The notes beneath the pieces are model-generated. The model saw nothing but the letters and a program-made list of their open reading frames with translations, searched no databases and was not told the DNA's origin. 64,000 nt of DNA from an uncultured Gemmatimonadales bacterium (lineage in GTDB: Bacteria; Gemmatimonadota; Gemmatimonadetes; Gemmatimonadales; Gemmatimonadaceae). The first letter of the stretch is position 1; every line of letters begins with the position of its first letter. Made by a program: the position numbers and the translations under genes. The stretch lies in the NCBI GenBank assembly GCA_963707505.1, contig CAVPQB010000006.1, forward strand, positions 736,001 to 800,000, in the 5' to 3' direction. Below are positions 1-10,120 of the stretch, piece after piece.

Positions 1-674
1 AGATTGCGCAACTGGGGCGCACGTTCGCGCACGGTGAATACGCGCAGGCACTCGAGAAGGGTGATGAAATCACTCCCGCCGAATACCAGAAGGTGGTGAG
101 CGACATGGCTCGTCTCACCGCGCTCTCGCCGACGTACATCGAGCAGTCCAATCTGCGCGTGAGTCCGCAGCGCTGGTTCACCGAGCTGCTCCGCAACAAG
201 CGCGAAGTCCTCGGCCGCCTGGATTCACGATTCACCGGCTACAACCGCGACGCCGCTGGCGAGCGGGCAGAGTACGATCCGAGCGAAGCATCGTATGAAG
301 GCGCCTTCACGGCAACGTTCATGGACTACGTGCGGCGTGATCTCCACTGGAAGAGCAACGCCTTCTACACGGTGACGGCGAATGTCCGGCCGTGGGACCG
401 GTCAGCGCAAGCGCAGGTGGCCGAGACCCTTCGTAGCGCGATGACGCAGGAGACATCGCTCAAGGTGCGCGTGCTGGCGGGTTACTACGATTTCGCTACA
501 CCGTTCAACGGAATCGAAGAGACAGTATCGCACATGCAGCTGGAACCGTCAGTTCGCAAAAACATCGGATTCGACTACTACCCGACAGGACACATGGTTT
601 ACATCGACCAGCAGGCGAGCGACAAGCTGCATCACGACGTTGATGCATTCATCAACTCGAGCTACGAGCATTGA
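1..674 (+). CDS. Peptidase S10 (serine carboxypeptidase-like), C-terminal part; gene starts before the window
   Basis: GRLDSRF, GYYDFATPF and YPTGHMVY (catalytic His) motifs typical of bacterial S10 peptidases. Confidence 0.85.
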   Translation, partial: IAQLGRTFAHGEYAQALEKGDEITPAEYQKVVSDMARLTALSPTYIEQSNLRVSPQRWFTELLRNKREVLGRLDSRFTGYNRDAAGERAEYDPSEASYEGAFTATFMDYVRRDLHWKSNAFYTVTANVRPWDRSAQAQVAETLRSAMTQETSLKVRVLAGYYDFATPFNGIEETVSHMQLEPSVRKNIGFDYYPTGHMVYIDQQASDKLHHDVDAFINSSYEH

Positions 675-749
675 TCCGTAGCGCGCAGTGACAGCGTTGT
701 TCTCTCCGGCGCACGCGAACGAGTGCGCCGGAGAGAGTCGCAGCGGTCG

Positions 750-1286
750 TTAGTCGCGCAGATAGTGACAGCTGTAGCCGCCGGGATTCTTTTTCAGGTA
801 GTCCTGGTGGTACTTCTCCGCACTGTACCATGTCGAAGCAGGCTCGATCGACGTCGTGATCGGCTTCTTCCACTTGCCTGACGCCTGCACGCGCGCGATC
901 ACCTGTTCGGCGATCTTCGCCTGTTCCGGTGACTGCGGAAAGATCGCGGAGCGGTATTGCGTGCCGATGTCGTTGCCCTGACGATTCAACGTTGTCGGAT
1001 CGTGCAGGCGGAAAAACCAGTTCTCGAGCAGGTCCTGGTAGCTGAGCACCGAGGGATCGAAGGTGACTCGGATCGATTCTGCGTGCCCCGACTTGCTGTC
1101 GTGCGTGTCTTCGTAGGTGGGATTCTTCACCCAGCCGCCCGTGTAGCCCACGTCGGTGTCGATGACGCCGGGGACCTCGCGAAGAATGTCCTCGACGCCC
1201 CAGAAGCAGCCGCCCGCGAGGACGGCGATTTCAGTGCGGGTGGCGGCTGCTACGCCCGAGTCCGTTGCGTGCTGTTGTTCGTTCAT
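750..1286 (-). CDS. msrA: Peptide-methionine (S)-S-oxide reductase
   Basis: GGCFWG active site, HDPTTLNRQGND, QYRSAIF and AEKYHQDY motifs; start set at the ATG of MNEQQ. Confidence 0.95.
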   Translation of the reverse strand: MNEQQHATDSGVAAATRTEIAVLAGGCFWGVEDILREVPGVIDTDVGYTGGWVKNPTYEDTHDSKSGHAESIRVTFDPSVLSYQDLLENWFFRLHDPTTLNRQGNDIGTQYRSAIFPQSPEQAKIAEQVIARVQASGKWKKPITTSIEPASTWYSAEKYHQDYLKKNPGGYSCHYLRD

Positions 1287-1436
1287 TTCCGACCTTCCGT
1301 TCAAGCATTGGCGCATTCAATGGCGCGTCAATGAAAGATAAATGTCCTGGGCGGTGAAATGTCGCTGACGGTGTGGTGCCCCGCGTCCTGGGCACGGGGC
1401 AATGCCAGACCTTGCTGTGACCGTGGCTGCCCGTGG

Positions 1437-1937
1437 CTATGAGCGCTGTACCGTCCGTCCGATTCGCACGCGCCAGACTTCCGGTCCTTCTTCCAGCGCG
1501 TCCCACGTGAATTCACCCTTGTGCTCGGCGTCGAACTGATACCACAGCGGCTTGGGATCGTGATCGTTGACGAGCACGTATGCAGTACCCGGCGCGAGTG
1601 CTGCGAACTGGTCGAATATTATTTCATGCCGCACCCTGGGTGTTTCAGGGCGGACGTCAATGATGCGGTCTTCGGTGTGCATTGCGGCCTCCATTTGAGC
1701 CTGGCGTTGCTGTGCTTCGAGTTTCTGTTCCAGGCGGGACAGAAAGTGCATCGCGCCATCCAAGCGCTCGGCGTCATCGGGATAGTCGTCTCTCAGCAGC
1801 GACCAGCCTTCCGCCGCAAGCTGTGCGGCGGTGGATGGATGGCCCGCCTTGCCCAGCTCACGGCACGTGTGAGCGAGAATGCGAGTGAGTGCGTTTACGA
1901 CAGCTGCCGTAACGACTTCCGGTGATGGTTCCATCAT
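1437..1937 (-). CDS. DUF2249 domain protein with an N-terminal helical extension
   Basis: C-terminal IDVR...RHEIIFDQF..L.PG..YVLVNDHDPKPLWYQF...EEGPEVWRVRI is the DUF2249 pattern. Confidence 0.85.
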   Translation of the reverse strand: MMEPSPEVVTAAVVNALTRILAHTCRELGKAGHPSTAAQLAAEGWSLLRDDYPDDAERLDGAMHFLSRLEQKLEAQQRQAQMEAAMHTEDRIIDVRPETPRVRHEIIFDQFAALAPGTAYVLVNDHDPKPLWYQFDAEHKGEFTWDALEEGPEVWRVRIGRTVQRS

Positions 1938-2135
1938 ATCAGGTGACAATTTGACCCTCCGCATGCAATCTGCAGTATGAACGCGCGAATTTGCAACGGG
2001 CATTGGCGGGATGCGACCTGCACGCTTTGATATTCGCGTGCACCCAACGCTCCGGCCTGGGGTATGAACGAAAGTCGATACCGACGGCTCCCGGAAACCG
2101 CATTTGTGCGCTCACCCTGTTACAGGTGCAGTCTG

Positions 2136-3089
2136 ATGCAAATACGTGAGATAATGAGCACCGGCGTAGTTACGATCGAACCTCGCGAAGCGGCGAGTGC
2201 TGCGTGGGCGCGCATGCGGCGTCGCGGCATTCGGCATCTCGTGGTGGTGGACGAAGGGCGGGTCGTCGGCGTTCTCTCGGAACGCGACCTCGGCGGGCGA
2301 TCGGGGGCCGCAAAGCGCAGGAATCGCATCGTGCGCGACCTCATGACGCCGCGCGTGGAAACGATGGATTCAGAAGCGAGTGCAGACTCTGCTGCGGAGC
2401 TCATGCGGGAACGCCTGATCGGGTCGCTGCCTGTGATGGACGGCGATGACCTGGTTGGCATAGTTACGGCTACTGATGTGTTCGAAGCGGTCGACAATGG
2501 AACGCGCGGTCGGCTCAGTAGCGCCGAGCGACAGATGTTGCGCGCGCCAAGCAGCAGCAAGCGGCTGGGCGGGAGCCCCATCGCGCGCAAGCGAGTCGCG
2601 GAATCGAGCGACGTCCGGCGCGAGCGACCGAAAATATCGAATCGGGACAAGCGGGAACCGCTCGCGGATCAGCTCACCAAACCCGAGAAGCGGATAGCCG
2701 GCCGAACCGTCGCGTCGGAGGTGCCGGCAAACATCCGCGTGTCGGGAGTCGAACTGGATGACGACGATCGGGATTACATCCGTCAGCGGCTCGGTTTGAA
2801 ACTCGGCAAGTTCGCGAGTTCGATAGAGCGCGTGACGGTGCGTGTGAAGGACATCAATGGCGATCGCGGCGGGATCGACAAGGTCTGCAACATCAAGGTT
2901 GTGGTGAGCGGACTCCCGAGCGTGGTGGTGGAAGAGCGATCCGACTCGACCAGGGTAGCGGTCAATTCCGCTCTCGCCGCGATCGAGAGTGCCGTGCGCC
3001 GGGTTGTGCAGCGGAGGCGGATGACTCCTCTCAGGACGGGTGGGGGGACGGAGTGGGGACGGAGTGGGGACGGACTCCGTCGCCCCTAA
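2136..3089 (+). CDS. CBS-pair protein fused to a C-terminal HPF/RaiA (S30EA-like) ribosome-associated domain
   Basis: Two CBS repeats (IRHLVVVDEGRVVGVLSERDL; IGSLPVMDGDDLVGIVTATDV), a basic linker, then IERVTVRVKDINGDRGGIDKVCNIKV...VVVEE. Confidence 0.8.
   Translation: MQIREIMSTGVVTIEPREAASAAWARMRRRGIRHLVVVDEGRVVGVLSERDLGGRSGAAKRRNRIVRDLMTPRVETMDSEASADSAAELMRERLIGSLPVMDGDDLVGIVTATDVFEAVDNGTRGRLSSAERQMLRAPSSSKRLGGSPIARKRVAESSDVRRERPKISNRDKREPLADQLTKPEKRIAGRTVASEVPANIRVSGVELDDDDRDYIRQRLGLKLGKFASSIERVTVRVKDINGDRGGIDKVCNIKVVVSGLPSVVVEERSDSTRVAVNSALAAIESAVRRVVQRRRMTPLRTGGGTEWGRSGDGLRRP
3044..3086. repeat. Family C repeat: (GGGGACGGAGT)x2 + GGGGACGGACTCCGTCGCCCC
   Basis: Same motif at 45481 and 49893. 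ACTCCGTC(G)CCCC is the inverted complement of the unit. It overlaps the last codons of the CBS-HPF gene. Confidence 0.85.
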
Positions 3090-3092
3090 GCG

Positions 3093-4013
3093 TCATTTCG
3101 TGCCGATCGACTGGCGCGAGCCGCCTCGGCTCTCGATCGCGGTATGGCGCGGAGCTGTGAATCCCCTGGCGTTCAGCCACCAGACGAAATCGTCGATCCA
3201 GTGGTCGCTGCTCGTGCCCTGCTTGCGCATGCCGAAGCCGTGCCCGCCGGCGTTGAAGACGTGTGCTTCCGGTTTCTGGCCAGCTGATGTCAACGCATCG
3301 TAGAATCTGACGACGGGGACGCGCGCTACGGTGTCGTCCTGCGCCCATGCCATGAAAATCGGCGGCAGGTTGTGCGGGATCGCGGGCATTACGCCGAATG
3401 GCGCGCCGTAGATGAGCGCATCGAAGCTCGGGCGCGCTGCGGCGTTCTCCTGCAGCATGGCTCCGCTCGCAACCATGCCGCCGGCCGAAAAGCCGATGAT
3501 GCCCACCTTGTCAGGAGAGACGCGCCATTCAGCCGCGTGTTGCCGAATCACCTTGATGGCCTGAATGCCGTCCGCGATCCCGTACTTGCAGGCCTGATCC
3601 ATATCGATGTTGGTTGGAATCCCTTGCTGGCGTTTCTCCATCGTTCTGTACTTGAGCACGAACGCAGCGACACCCGCTTTCTGGAGCGCGCGCGCGACAT
3701 CGTTGCCCTCGATGTCCATTGCGAGCGCGACGCAATATCCACCGGGCGCGATGATGACACCCGCGCCGGTCGCGATTGACCGGTCCGGTAGGTAGAGGGT
3801 CAACGTAGGTGTCACCACATCGAGCGCGACGGTGCCGATGGGAGCGACGTGCACTACCATCTCCTTCTGCTTCCAGCTCTCCGAGCCCGGTGCTACGCCA
3901 GGCCAGATGTCGAGCGTCTGAGCGTGGGCGCCGAGTGCTGCAAGCAAGTAGAGCGCAGTCGCGCCGGCTTTGAGTAACGTCGTTGAGCGCATAGACGCCG
4001 GTTCCACGCTCAC
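3093..4013 (-). CDS. Secreted alpha/beta hydrolase (BD-FAE / esterase-like)
   Basis: IIAPGGY oxyanion region, GFSAGG nucleophile elbow, GGHGFG catalytic His, signal peptide. Confidence 0.9.
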   Translation of the reverse strand: MSVEPASMRSTTLLKAGATALYLLAALGAHAQTLDIWPGVAPGSESWKQKEMVVHVAPIGTVALDVVTPTLTLYLPDRSIATGAGVIIAPGGYCVALAMDIEGNDVARALQKAGVAAFVLKYRTMEKRQQGIPTNIDMDQACKYGIADGIQAIKVIRQHAAEWRVSPDKVGIIGFSAGGMVASGAMLQENAAARPSFDALIYGAPFGVMPAIPHNLPPIFMAWAQDDTVARVPVVRFYDALTSAGQKPEAHVFNAGGHGFGMRKQGTSSDHWIDDFVWWLNARGFTAPRHTAIESRGGSRQSIGTK

Positions 4014-6094
4014 GTCAGAGCGGGCCGGTCCTCCGTCGCGAGCTGTGCGTTGGGCACCGCGGCCTGGCCCGCCGCGTCGTGTAGTGCGCGGGTCATGAGC
4101 TGATCGTTCATCGCGGCGTGATCGGGGAGAACGGGGTATCGCACCACGAACTCCAGGGCGCGCTCCGTAAAGTGTACGTCCACGTGTGGCTCCGGTCGCG
4201 ACGTATCGAAATCGATCAGTCTCTGGACTGTTGCGTGTTGCTCGTCGATCGCCTGCCGATAGGTTGCATATACGGAGGAGGCGACTTCCGCCAGACGGAC
4301 CTGCGTGGAGTGCACGTCAGTGGTCGGCGGCAGCGTAAGGGTCACGCTGTGCCATATGTAGTCCGCCCCAGGAATCTGCTTGAACAACGCCTGCGGTTGG
4401 AACAGGACGGAATTGGAAAGCACCACGATGCGCCCGGTGGACTGCAATTCGGGACCCGCGAGCTCCATGAGATAGATACGAACGAGCCCAATGTCGATCA
4501 CACGACCGGTGACACCGGCGAGAGTGATACGATCACCGGTGCGCACGCCGTAGCGGCCGATCAGGAAGAAGTAGCCGACCACGGCGAGAATGACGTTCTG
4601 CAGTGCGAGAGCGAGTCCGGCGGTGAGGAAGCCGACATACGTGGCGAGCGATCCCATCTGTGATACGAATCCCATCACGATGATGAGCAACAAGGCCACC
4701 ACGACGACGATTCGCCGAAGCAGCAGAAATTGTCTGCGTCTGCGAGTGTCGCGCAGATAGCGGAACGTCGCTCTACGCCAGGCTTCCGAAATCACCAGGA
4801 CCAGCAGGACGGACGCGATGAGCAGACCCAGGCGCCAGAGCAGTGCGTCGCGCAGGGTGGCGGAGCGTGCGTCGAAGGTTCCGCGCAACAACACCAGCGA
4901 GTTGCGAGCGTCGTCGGTGGAGATGTCCTGCTCGCTCAGCGGCACGACCAGCGTGGCCAGTTGCTTGAATTGTGCTGTGGCGTTCTGGAGTTGAAGCTGG
5001 GTGGCCAACAGCTGTTGAGGATCGGTCGACGCGCTGTCCAGGGGATTGGCGTGCAGCCTCACGAGCGTGCGGACCTGCGCCGAGACGCGCGTGCGTAAGC
5101 TGTCGAGCTCGCCGCCGAGGTTGTCGGTTTGGCGGATTGCGGCATCAAACTCGTACCGTATCCGTTTGAGAGCGAGCCACTCTCCAACGAGCGCCACCAG
5201 TCCGGAAGAGCTTTGTACGCTGCTCTCGGATGGCGACGGCGTCGACGGAGCTGTCGCTGCCGAAGCGGCCGTGTCGTTCCGTGTCTTCGTTCTGCCAGCC
5301 GCGGAGCTGGCGCTCGGTGCCACACTATCGTTGGCACCGGAGCCGCCGGTACTGTTGTCGCGCAGCTCCGGCACCGTGTGCTCGATCTCTTCGACCTGCG
5401 ACGTCAGAGTGCCGCCTGTCCCCCCGCCGTGCGCCGCGGCAGAAACGGCGAACTGCTGAAGCTGCGTGACGGTGCTCTGAACCTCCCGCGCCAGATCCAG
5501 TGCGGCTTCCGCTTCCGCGCGTTGCGCAGTGAGAGTTCGTCGCGCCGACGGCGTTGCGTGCGCGAGCGACGAGTCGATGGCGGCGATACGTTTCTGGATA
5601 GTATCCGTCCGCGCCCCGATTCGAGTCGCCGCGCGGTCGAGACGCACGGCATCATCCGACGTATCGCTCGTACTCGCGTTCGGAACCCCGACGTGCGGGG
5701 CCGCATCCACCATGCGCGCGGCGGCGCGAGCAAAGTCAAATGCCGAGCGCAGCGCCGCGAGTGCCGAGCTCCGCATTCCGTCACGAGTTCTGGTGCCGTC
5801 GGAGAGGTCGCTGTTCTGCGCGATCGTTTCGATGGTGTGGTACCACGTGACTGTCTCGTGCAGATGGTGCAACACCGCGTCAGCGGATGGAGGCGACGAT
5901 ACTGGAGCGGCGACCGCTGCTGTTGGCGATGCTGTCCGTGCGGATTTCGCTGAAGGAGCGACGGCCGGGGCGGTTCGCTGCGTCGTGGTTTGAGCGGCGG
6001 CAGCGAGAGGAACCAGTGCGGCAGCGCAGAGGATCGCACCGGTTGCGAGTCGCGTGACCGTGGGAGTAGCCCTGAAGCGGGTCACGGGGTGCAT
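4010..6094 (-). CDS. MscS-family mechanosensitive channel with a large periplasmic N-terminal domain
   Basis: GFLTAGLALALQNVI, RYGVRTGDRITLAGVTGRVIDIGL and TGRIVVLSNS motifs. Confidence 0.9.
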   Translation of the reverse strand: MHPVTRFRATPTVTRLATGAILCAAALVPLAAAAQTTTQRTAPAVAPSAKSARTASPTAAVAAPVSSPPSADAVLHHLHETVTWYHTIETIAQNSDLSDGTRTRDGMRSSALAALRSAFDFARAAARMVDAAPHVGVPNASTSDTSDDAVRLDRAATRIGARTDTIQKRIAAIDSSLAHATPSARRTLTAQRAEAEAALDLAREVQSTVTQLQQFAVSAAAHGGGTGGTLTSQVEEIEHTVPELRDNSTGGSGANDSVAPSASSAAGRTKTRNDTAASAATAPSTPSPSESSVQSSSGLVALVGEWLALKRIRYEFDAAIRQTDNLGGELDSLRTRVSAQVRTLVRLHANPLDSASTDPQQLLATQLQLQNATAQFKQLATLVVPLSEQDISTDDARNSLVLLRGTFDARSATLRDALLWRLGLLIASVLLVLVISEAWRRATFRYLRDTRRRRQFLLLRRIVVVVALLLIIVMGFVSQMGSLATYVGFLTAGLALALQNVILAVVGYFFLIGRYGVRTGDRITLAGVTGRVIDIGLVRIYLMELAGPELQSTGRIVVLSNSVLFQPQALFKQIPGADYIWHSVTLTLPPTTDVHSTQVRLAEVASSVYATYRQAIDEQHATVQRLIDFDTSRPEPHVDVHFTERALEFVVRYPVLPDHAAMNDQLMTRALHDAAGQAAVPNAQLATEDRPALT

Positions 6095-6500
6095 CCGGAC
6101 TATGCTCTCATCCCGGGGTCGGCAGGAAGTTGTCGATTTGATTGTTTCTCTCCTGCCCGCTGGTGAGAATCCGTGCGAAGGAGCCTGACGGCCCGGAGAC
6201 AAAGATATCGGAGTCAGCTGGCGTGCGGACGGGTGACGCGGTGACCATCTGATACGGAACATCGGAGGCTAAGCGGTAAGGCGTTCCCGGTTCCTCGAGC
6301 TCAGCGCGGTCCGTCCCACCGAAGGACACCAGCAGGGCCGCGCGCGGTTACAGCCGCGCTGCCCGCCAGAATCACCCGCTGGGCTATTGAGGGCTACACC
6401 GAAGTAGCTCCCTTTTGGTACGTTTGGGGCCAGGCGTTGCTTTGTGCGCAACATTCAACCCGATTCCTTTCTGGATCATGCGACCAGATCAGTGAGCAGT

Positions 6501-8750
6501 ATGACTTTCTTCAAGTTCCGACGCCGATGGTTAGCCTGCTTCTGGCTCATCCTCCCGCTGGCCGGTGCAGTGCCGGGCGGGGTCAAAGCGCAGACGTCGC
6601 ATCGCGTCGATCTGGCGGCCGCCCGCTCGCTGATTGCGCGGGTTGTACCGACCAACGCCGCCAATTTCGAAGTCGCTGCGATTCCCGACAGCGCGGGTCG
6701 CGACGTATTTGAAGTGGCAAGCGTCGGATCGCGGGTGATGCTCCGCGGATCATCGGGCGTGGCCATCGCCTCGGCGCTCAACTGGTACCTGGAGCACGTG
6801 GCTGGCGTGAATGCGTCGCTTCCACTCAAGCCAATTGCGTTACCGACGCCGCTTCCCCGCGTGACGGCGCCGGTGCACGAGTCCACGCGTTACCGCGTGC
6901 GCTACTTCTTCAACTACTGCACGTTTTCGTATTCGATGGCGTGGTGGAACTGGAACGACTGGCAGTCGATGATCGACTGGATGGCGCTCAAGGGAATCAA
7001 CGCGCCGCTCGCCGTTACGGGACAGGAAGCGGTCTGGCGCTCGGTACTCGGCGACTTCGGGTTCAACCGCAAGCAGATCGGCGACTTCATCGTGGGGCCG
7101 GCATATCTGCCGTGGGGGTGGATGGCGAACATCGACGGGTTGGGCGGCCCACTGCCCGACAGCTGGATTGACAGTCACGTCACGCTGGAGCGACAAATTT
7201 TGTCGCGCGAGCGGTCATTGGGAATGACTCCGGTACTGCAAGGATTCACAGGACATGTGCCGGAGTCGATCACGCAAGTGATTCCCGGAACGAAGATTCA
7301 TCAAACCGGAGATTGGTCAGCGGGATTCTCCGGCACCTGGTTTCTGGATCCGCAGGATTCGCTGTTCCAGCGAATGGGTCGGAAGTTCGTCGAGAAGCAG
7401 ACTGAACTCTTCGGCACCGACCATCTGTACGCCGCCGATCCGTTCAACGAAATCGACCCGCCGTCCAACGACTCGACGTTCCTGGCCGAGATGGGCGGCG
7501 CGATCTACAACGGCATGCACTCGGCGGACACGAGCGCCACGTGGGTAATACAGGCGTGGTTCCTGGTGTATGGCAAGAAGTTCTGGCAGGATCCGCAGGC
7601 CGAGGCATTGTTGGGTGCCGTGCCGGATGACCGCATGCTGGTGCTGGATCTGTGGGGCGACCGCTCGCCCGGATGGAAGGCGCGTCACGCCTTTTACGGC
7701 AAGCCGTGGATCTGGAATGTGCTGTACAATTTTGGCGGCAAGGTGAGCGTGAACGGTGACCTGCCGCAGATTGCCGCGAATCTCGACACGGCCATTCGCA
7801 GCCCCGATAAGGGGCGCATGGAAGGACTCGGCATGACCATGGAAGGTCTGGGGACGAACCCGATCGTGCCCGATTTCGTGTTCGACCAGGTGTGGCGCGA
7901 TACCGTGCCCAACGTGACTGCGTGGACGCGCGATTACATCATACGCCGGTATGGGCATTACAACGCGTCGGCGTGGAGCGCGTGGAAGTTGCTGCTCGCG
8001 ACAGCGTTCCGCTCGTCGGCGCAGACTGGGAATTTTCTGGGCGAGCGGCCGCAGTTCCATGTAAAGGGGCGGTCGTACCGTACCGAGCCGATTCCGCCGT
8101 ACGACGAGCGCATTGTCGCGCGCGCTTTGGATTCGCTGTTGGCAGCCGCGCCCGCACTTGGCAGTAACGACGCGTACCGTTACGACGTCGTGAATCTGAC
8201 GAGGCAGGTACTTGGGCAGCTCGGGCTACCGTTGGTGAATCGACTGCAGGCGGCGTACGAGGAGAAGAATCACACGAAGCTGATCGCGACGGAGGGACAG
8301 ATCGAATCGCTGTTACGCGACCTCGATACGTTGGTTGGCACGCGGCGGGAGTTCCTGTTGGGACGGTGGATTGCCGACGCCAAACGCTGGGGCACTACGG
8401 ATGATGAGCGACGGTTGTACGAGTGGAACGCGCGCAACATCATCACGCTCTGGGGCACCAAGTGCACCGAGGGACAGAACGACGACCTGAACCTTTACGC
8501 GTTCAAGGAGTGGGAGGGGATGTTCACCGGATACTTCCTACCGCGATGGGACGCGTTCTTCAAGGATCTGAACGCGTCACTGGACAGTGGGAAGCCGCTC
8601 GACCGGGCGCCGTTTGCCGCCGCTTCGTGCGAGTGGGAACAGAAATGGTCGCGCGCGACGACGCCGACGTTCAGAACCGAGCCGACGGGTGAGCCGGTGG
8701 CGACAGCGGAGCGGTTGGTGAAGAAGTGGCGGCCCGAGATTGTCCAATAA
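6501..8750 (+). CDS. Alpha-N-acetylglucosaminidase (GH89)
   Basis: RYFFNYCTFSYSMAWW, IDWMALKGINAPLA, YAADPFNE and YEWNARNIITLWG motifs. Confidence 0.95.
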   Translation: MTFFKFRRRWLACFWLILPLAGAVPGGVKAQTSHRVDLAAARSLIARVVPTNAANFEVAAIPDSAGRDVFEVASVGSRVMLRGSSGVAIASALNWYLEHVAGVNASLPLKPIALPTPLPRVTAPVHESTRYRVRYFFNYCTFSYSMAWWNWNDWQSMIDWMALKGINAPLAVTGQEAVWRSVLGDFGFNRKQIGDFIVGPAYLPWGWMANIDGLGGPLPDSWIDSHVTLERQILSRERSLGMTPVLQGFTGHVPESITQVIPGTKIHQTGDWSAGFSGTWFLDPQDSLFQRMGRKFVEKQTELFGTDHLYAADPFNEIDPPSNDSTFLAEMGGAIYNGMHSADTSATWVIQAWFLVYGKKFWQDPQAEALLGAVPDDRMLVLDLWGDRSPGWKARHAFYGKPWIWNVLYNFGGKVSVNGDLPQIAANLDTAIRSPDKGRMEGLGMTMEGLGTNPIVPDFVFDQVWRDTVPNVTAWTRDYIIRRYGHYNASAWSAWKLLLATAFRSSAQTGNFLGERPQFHVKGRSYRTEPIPPYDERIVARALDSLLAAAPALGSNDAYRYDVVNLTRQVLGQLGLPLVNRLQAAYEEKNHTKLIATEGQIESLLRDLDTLVGTRREFLLGRWIADAKRWGTTDDERRLYEWNARNIITLWGTKCTEGQNDDLNLYAFKEWEGMFTGYFLPRWDAFFKDLNASLDSGKPLDRAPFAAASCEWEQKWSRATTPTFRTEPTGEPVATAERLVKKWRPEIVQ

Positions 8751-8825
8751 CGCCGTTCAATCTCCCACATCCATGACGTAACCTTGGTCATGGCCGAAAA
8801 CTCAGAGAACTCAAAGGGAAATCCA

Positions 8826-10052
8826 ATGAAGCCTTTCGCAAGTGCAGCACTGTTTCTCACACTCATATCCATCGCACCCGCAGCGGATGCCCAGGTCAAC
8901 GCCGGCGAACAGAAGCCCGAACCAACGCTCCCGTTCACCATGACCCAGGTTGCAACCTTCAACCTCCCATGGCGCATCGCCTTCCTCCCCGATGGGCGGA
9001 TGCTCATCACTGAGAAGGTCGGCCCGCTCTGGGTCGTGACCCAGAAGGGCGCGAAGACGGAGGTCAAGAATGTCCCCGCCGTCCTGCACCACGATCAGGG
9101 TGGCATGCTCGGCGTCTATCTGTCGCCGAACTACGCGACCGACCACTACGTCTATCTCACCTACGCCGAGCCGCACGACAGCGGGTCGAGCCTGGCGCTC
9201 GCACGGGCCAAGCTCTCGCTTTCCGGAAGCTCGGCCAGCCTCGATGGGCTCAATGTCATCTGGCGCGACGGTGCAGGTGGCAAGGGCGGCCAGTTCGGCG
9301 GAGCGGTCGCGTTCTCGCCTGACAAGAAGTTCCTGTTCCTGACCGTCGGCGAGCGTCAGCGCTTTACGCCCGCGCAGGATCCTGATTCACCGCTCGGCAA
9401 GATTCTGCGCCTGACGCTCGACGGCAAGCCGGCGCCCGGCAACCCCGAGGCTGGCAAGGTCGGCGCGTCGAAGATTCCGGTGATAAATCCGACGCGCAAC
9501 ACGGAAACGGCCAAGACTGCGCCCGTCATCTACACGTATACCTTCCCCGGACCGAACCTCACGCCGTCGGAGACCTGGGCCACCGGTTTTCGCACGCCGT
9601 ACGGACTGGCGTTCGCGCCCGACGGCCGGCTGTGGGAGCTCGAGGACGGACCGCGCGGCGGCGACGAGCTCAACCTGGTCGAGCGCGGCAAGAACTACGG
9701 CTGGCCGCTCGTCTCCTACGGCAAGAACTACGACGGCGTACCAATCCCGAGCCCGGACACTAGGCCCGATCTCGTCAAGCCCGTCATCTACTGGGTGCCG
9801 GTCATCGCGTCGGCAGGCCTCACCTTCTACGACGGCAAGATGTTCCCGCAGTGGGACGGATCGGCGTTCGCCGCCGGACTCGGGAGCAAGTCGCTTACCC
9901 GGATCACGTTCGACAAGAACGGTGGTGCCAACGCTGCGGAACGCTGGGACATGAGTCGCAGGGTTCGCGACATCGCCGTTGCGCCGGACGGCGCGCTGTG
10001 GCTGATCGAGGATTCGGCTACGGGCGGGCTGTTTCGCATCACACCGAAGTAG
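8826..10052 (+). CDS. PQQ-dependent sugar dehydrogenase (GSDH / aldose sugar dehydrogenase family)
   Basis: PWRIAFLPDGRMLITEK, QGGMLGV and GPRGGDELNLVERGKNYGWP motifs; signal peptide. Confidence 0.92.
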   Translation: MKPFASAALFLTLISIAPAADAQVNAGEQKPEPTLPFTMTQVATFNLPWRIAFLPDGRMLITEKVGPLWVVTQKGAKTEVKNVPAVLHHDQGGMLGVYLSPNYATDHYVYLTYAEPHDSGSSLALARAKLSLSGSSASLDGLNVIWRDGAGGKGGQFGGAVAFSPDKKFLFLTVGERQRFTPAQDPDSPLGKILRLTLDGKPAPGNPEAGKVGASKIPVINPTRNTETAKTAPVIYTYTFPGPNLTPSETWATGFRTPYGLAFAPDGRLWELEDGPRGGDELNLVERGKNYGWPLVSYGKNYDGVPIPSPDTRPDLVKPVIYWVPVIASAGLTFYDGKMFPQWDGSAFAAGLGSKSLTRITFDKNGGANAAERWDMSRRVRDIAVAPDGALWLIEDSATGGLFRITPK

Positions 10053-10063
10053 CGCCTTGAAGT

Positions 10064-10101
10064 AGATCCTGCCTCGTGCTCACGCGCACGGGGCAGGATC
10101 T
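10064..10101. repeat. Minimal degenerate family A hairpin between convergent genes
   Basis: AGATCCTGCCTCGTGC..GCACGGGGCAGGATCT resembles the family A arms GGTCTTGCCCCGTGC / GCACGGGGCAAGACCT. Confidence 0.65.
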
Positions 10102-10120
10102 GATGTCGCACTCTCCGCAG

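Noticed and set aside
1371..1413. Very degenerate family A-like hairpin (GTGCCCCG...GCACGGGGCAATGCCAGACC)
   Set aside because: Too many mismatches to list as a supported copy, though it may be an old remnant.
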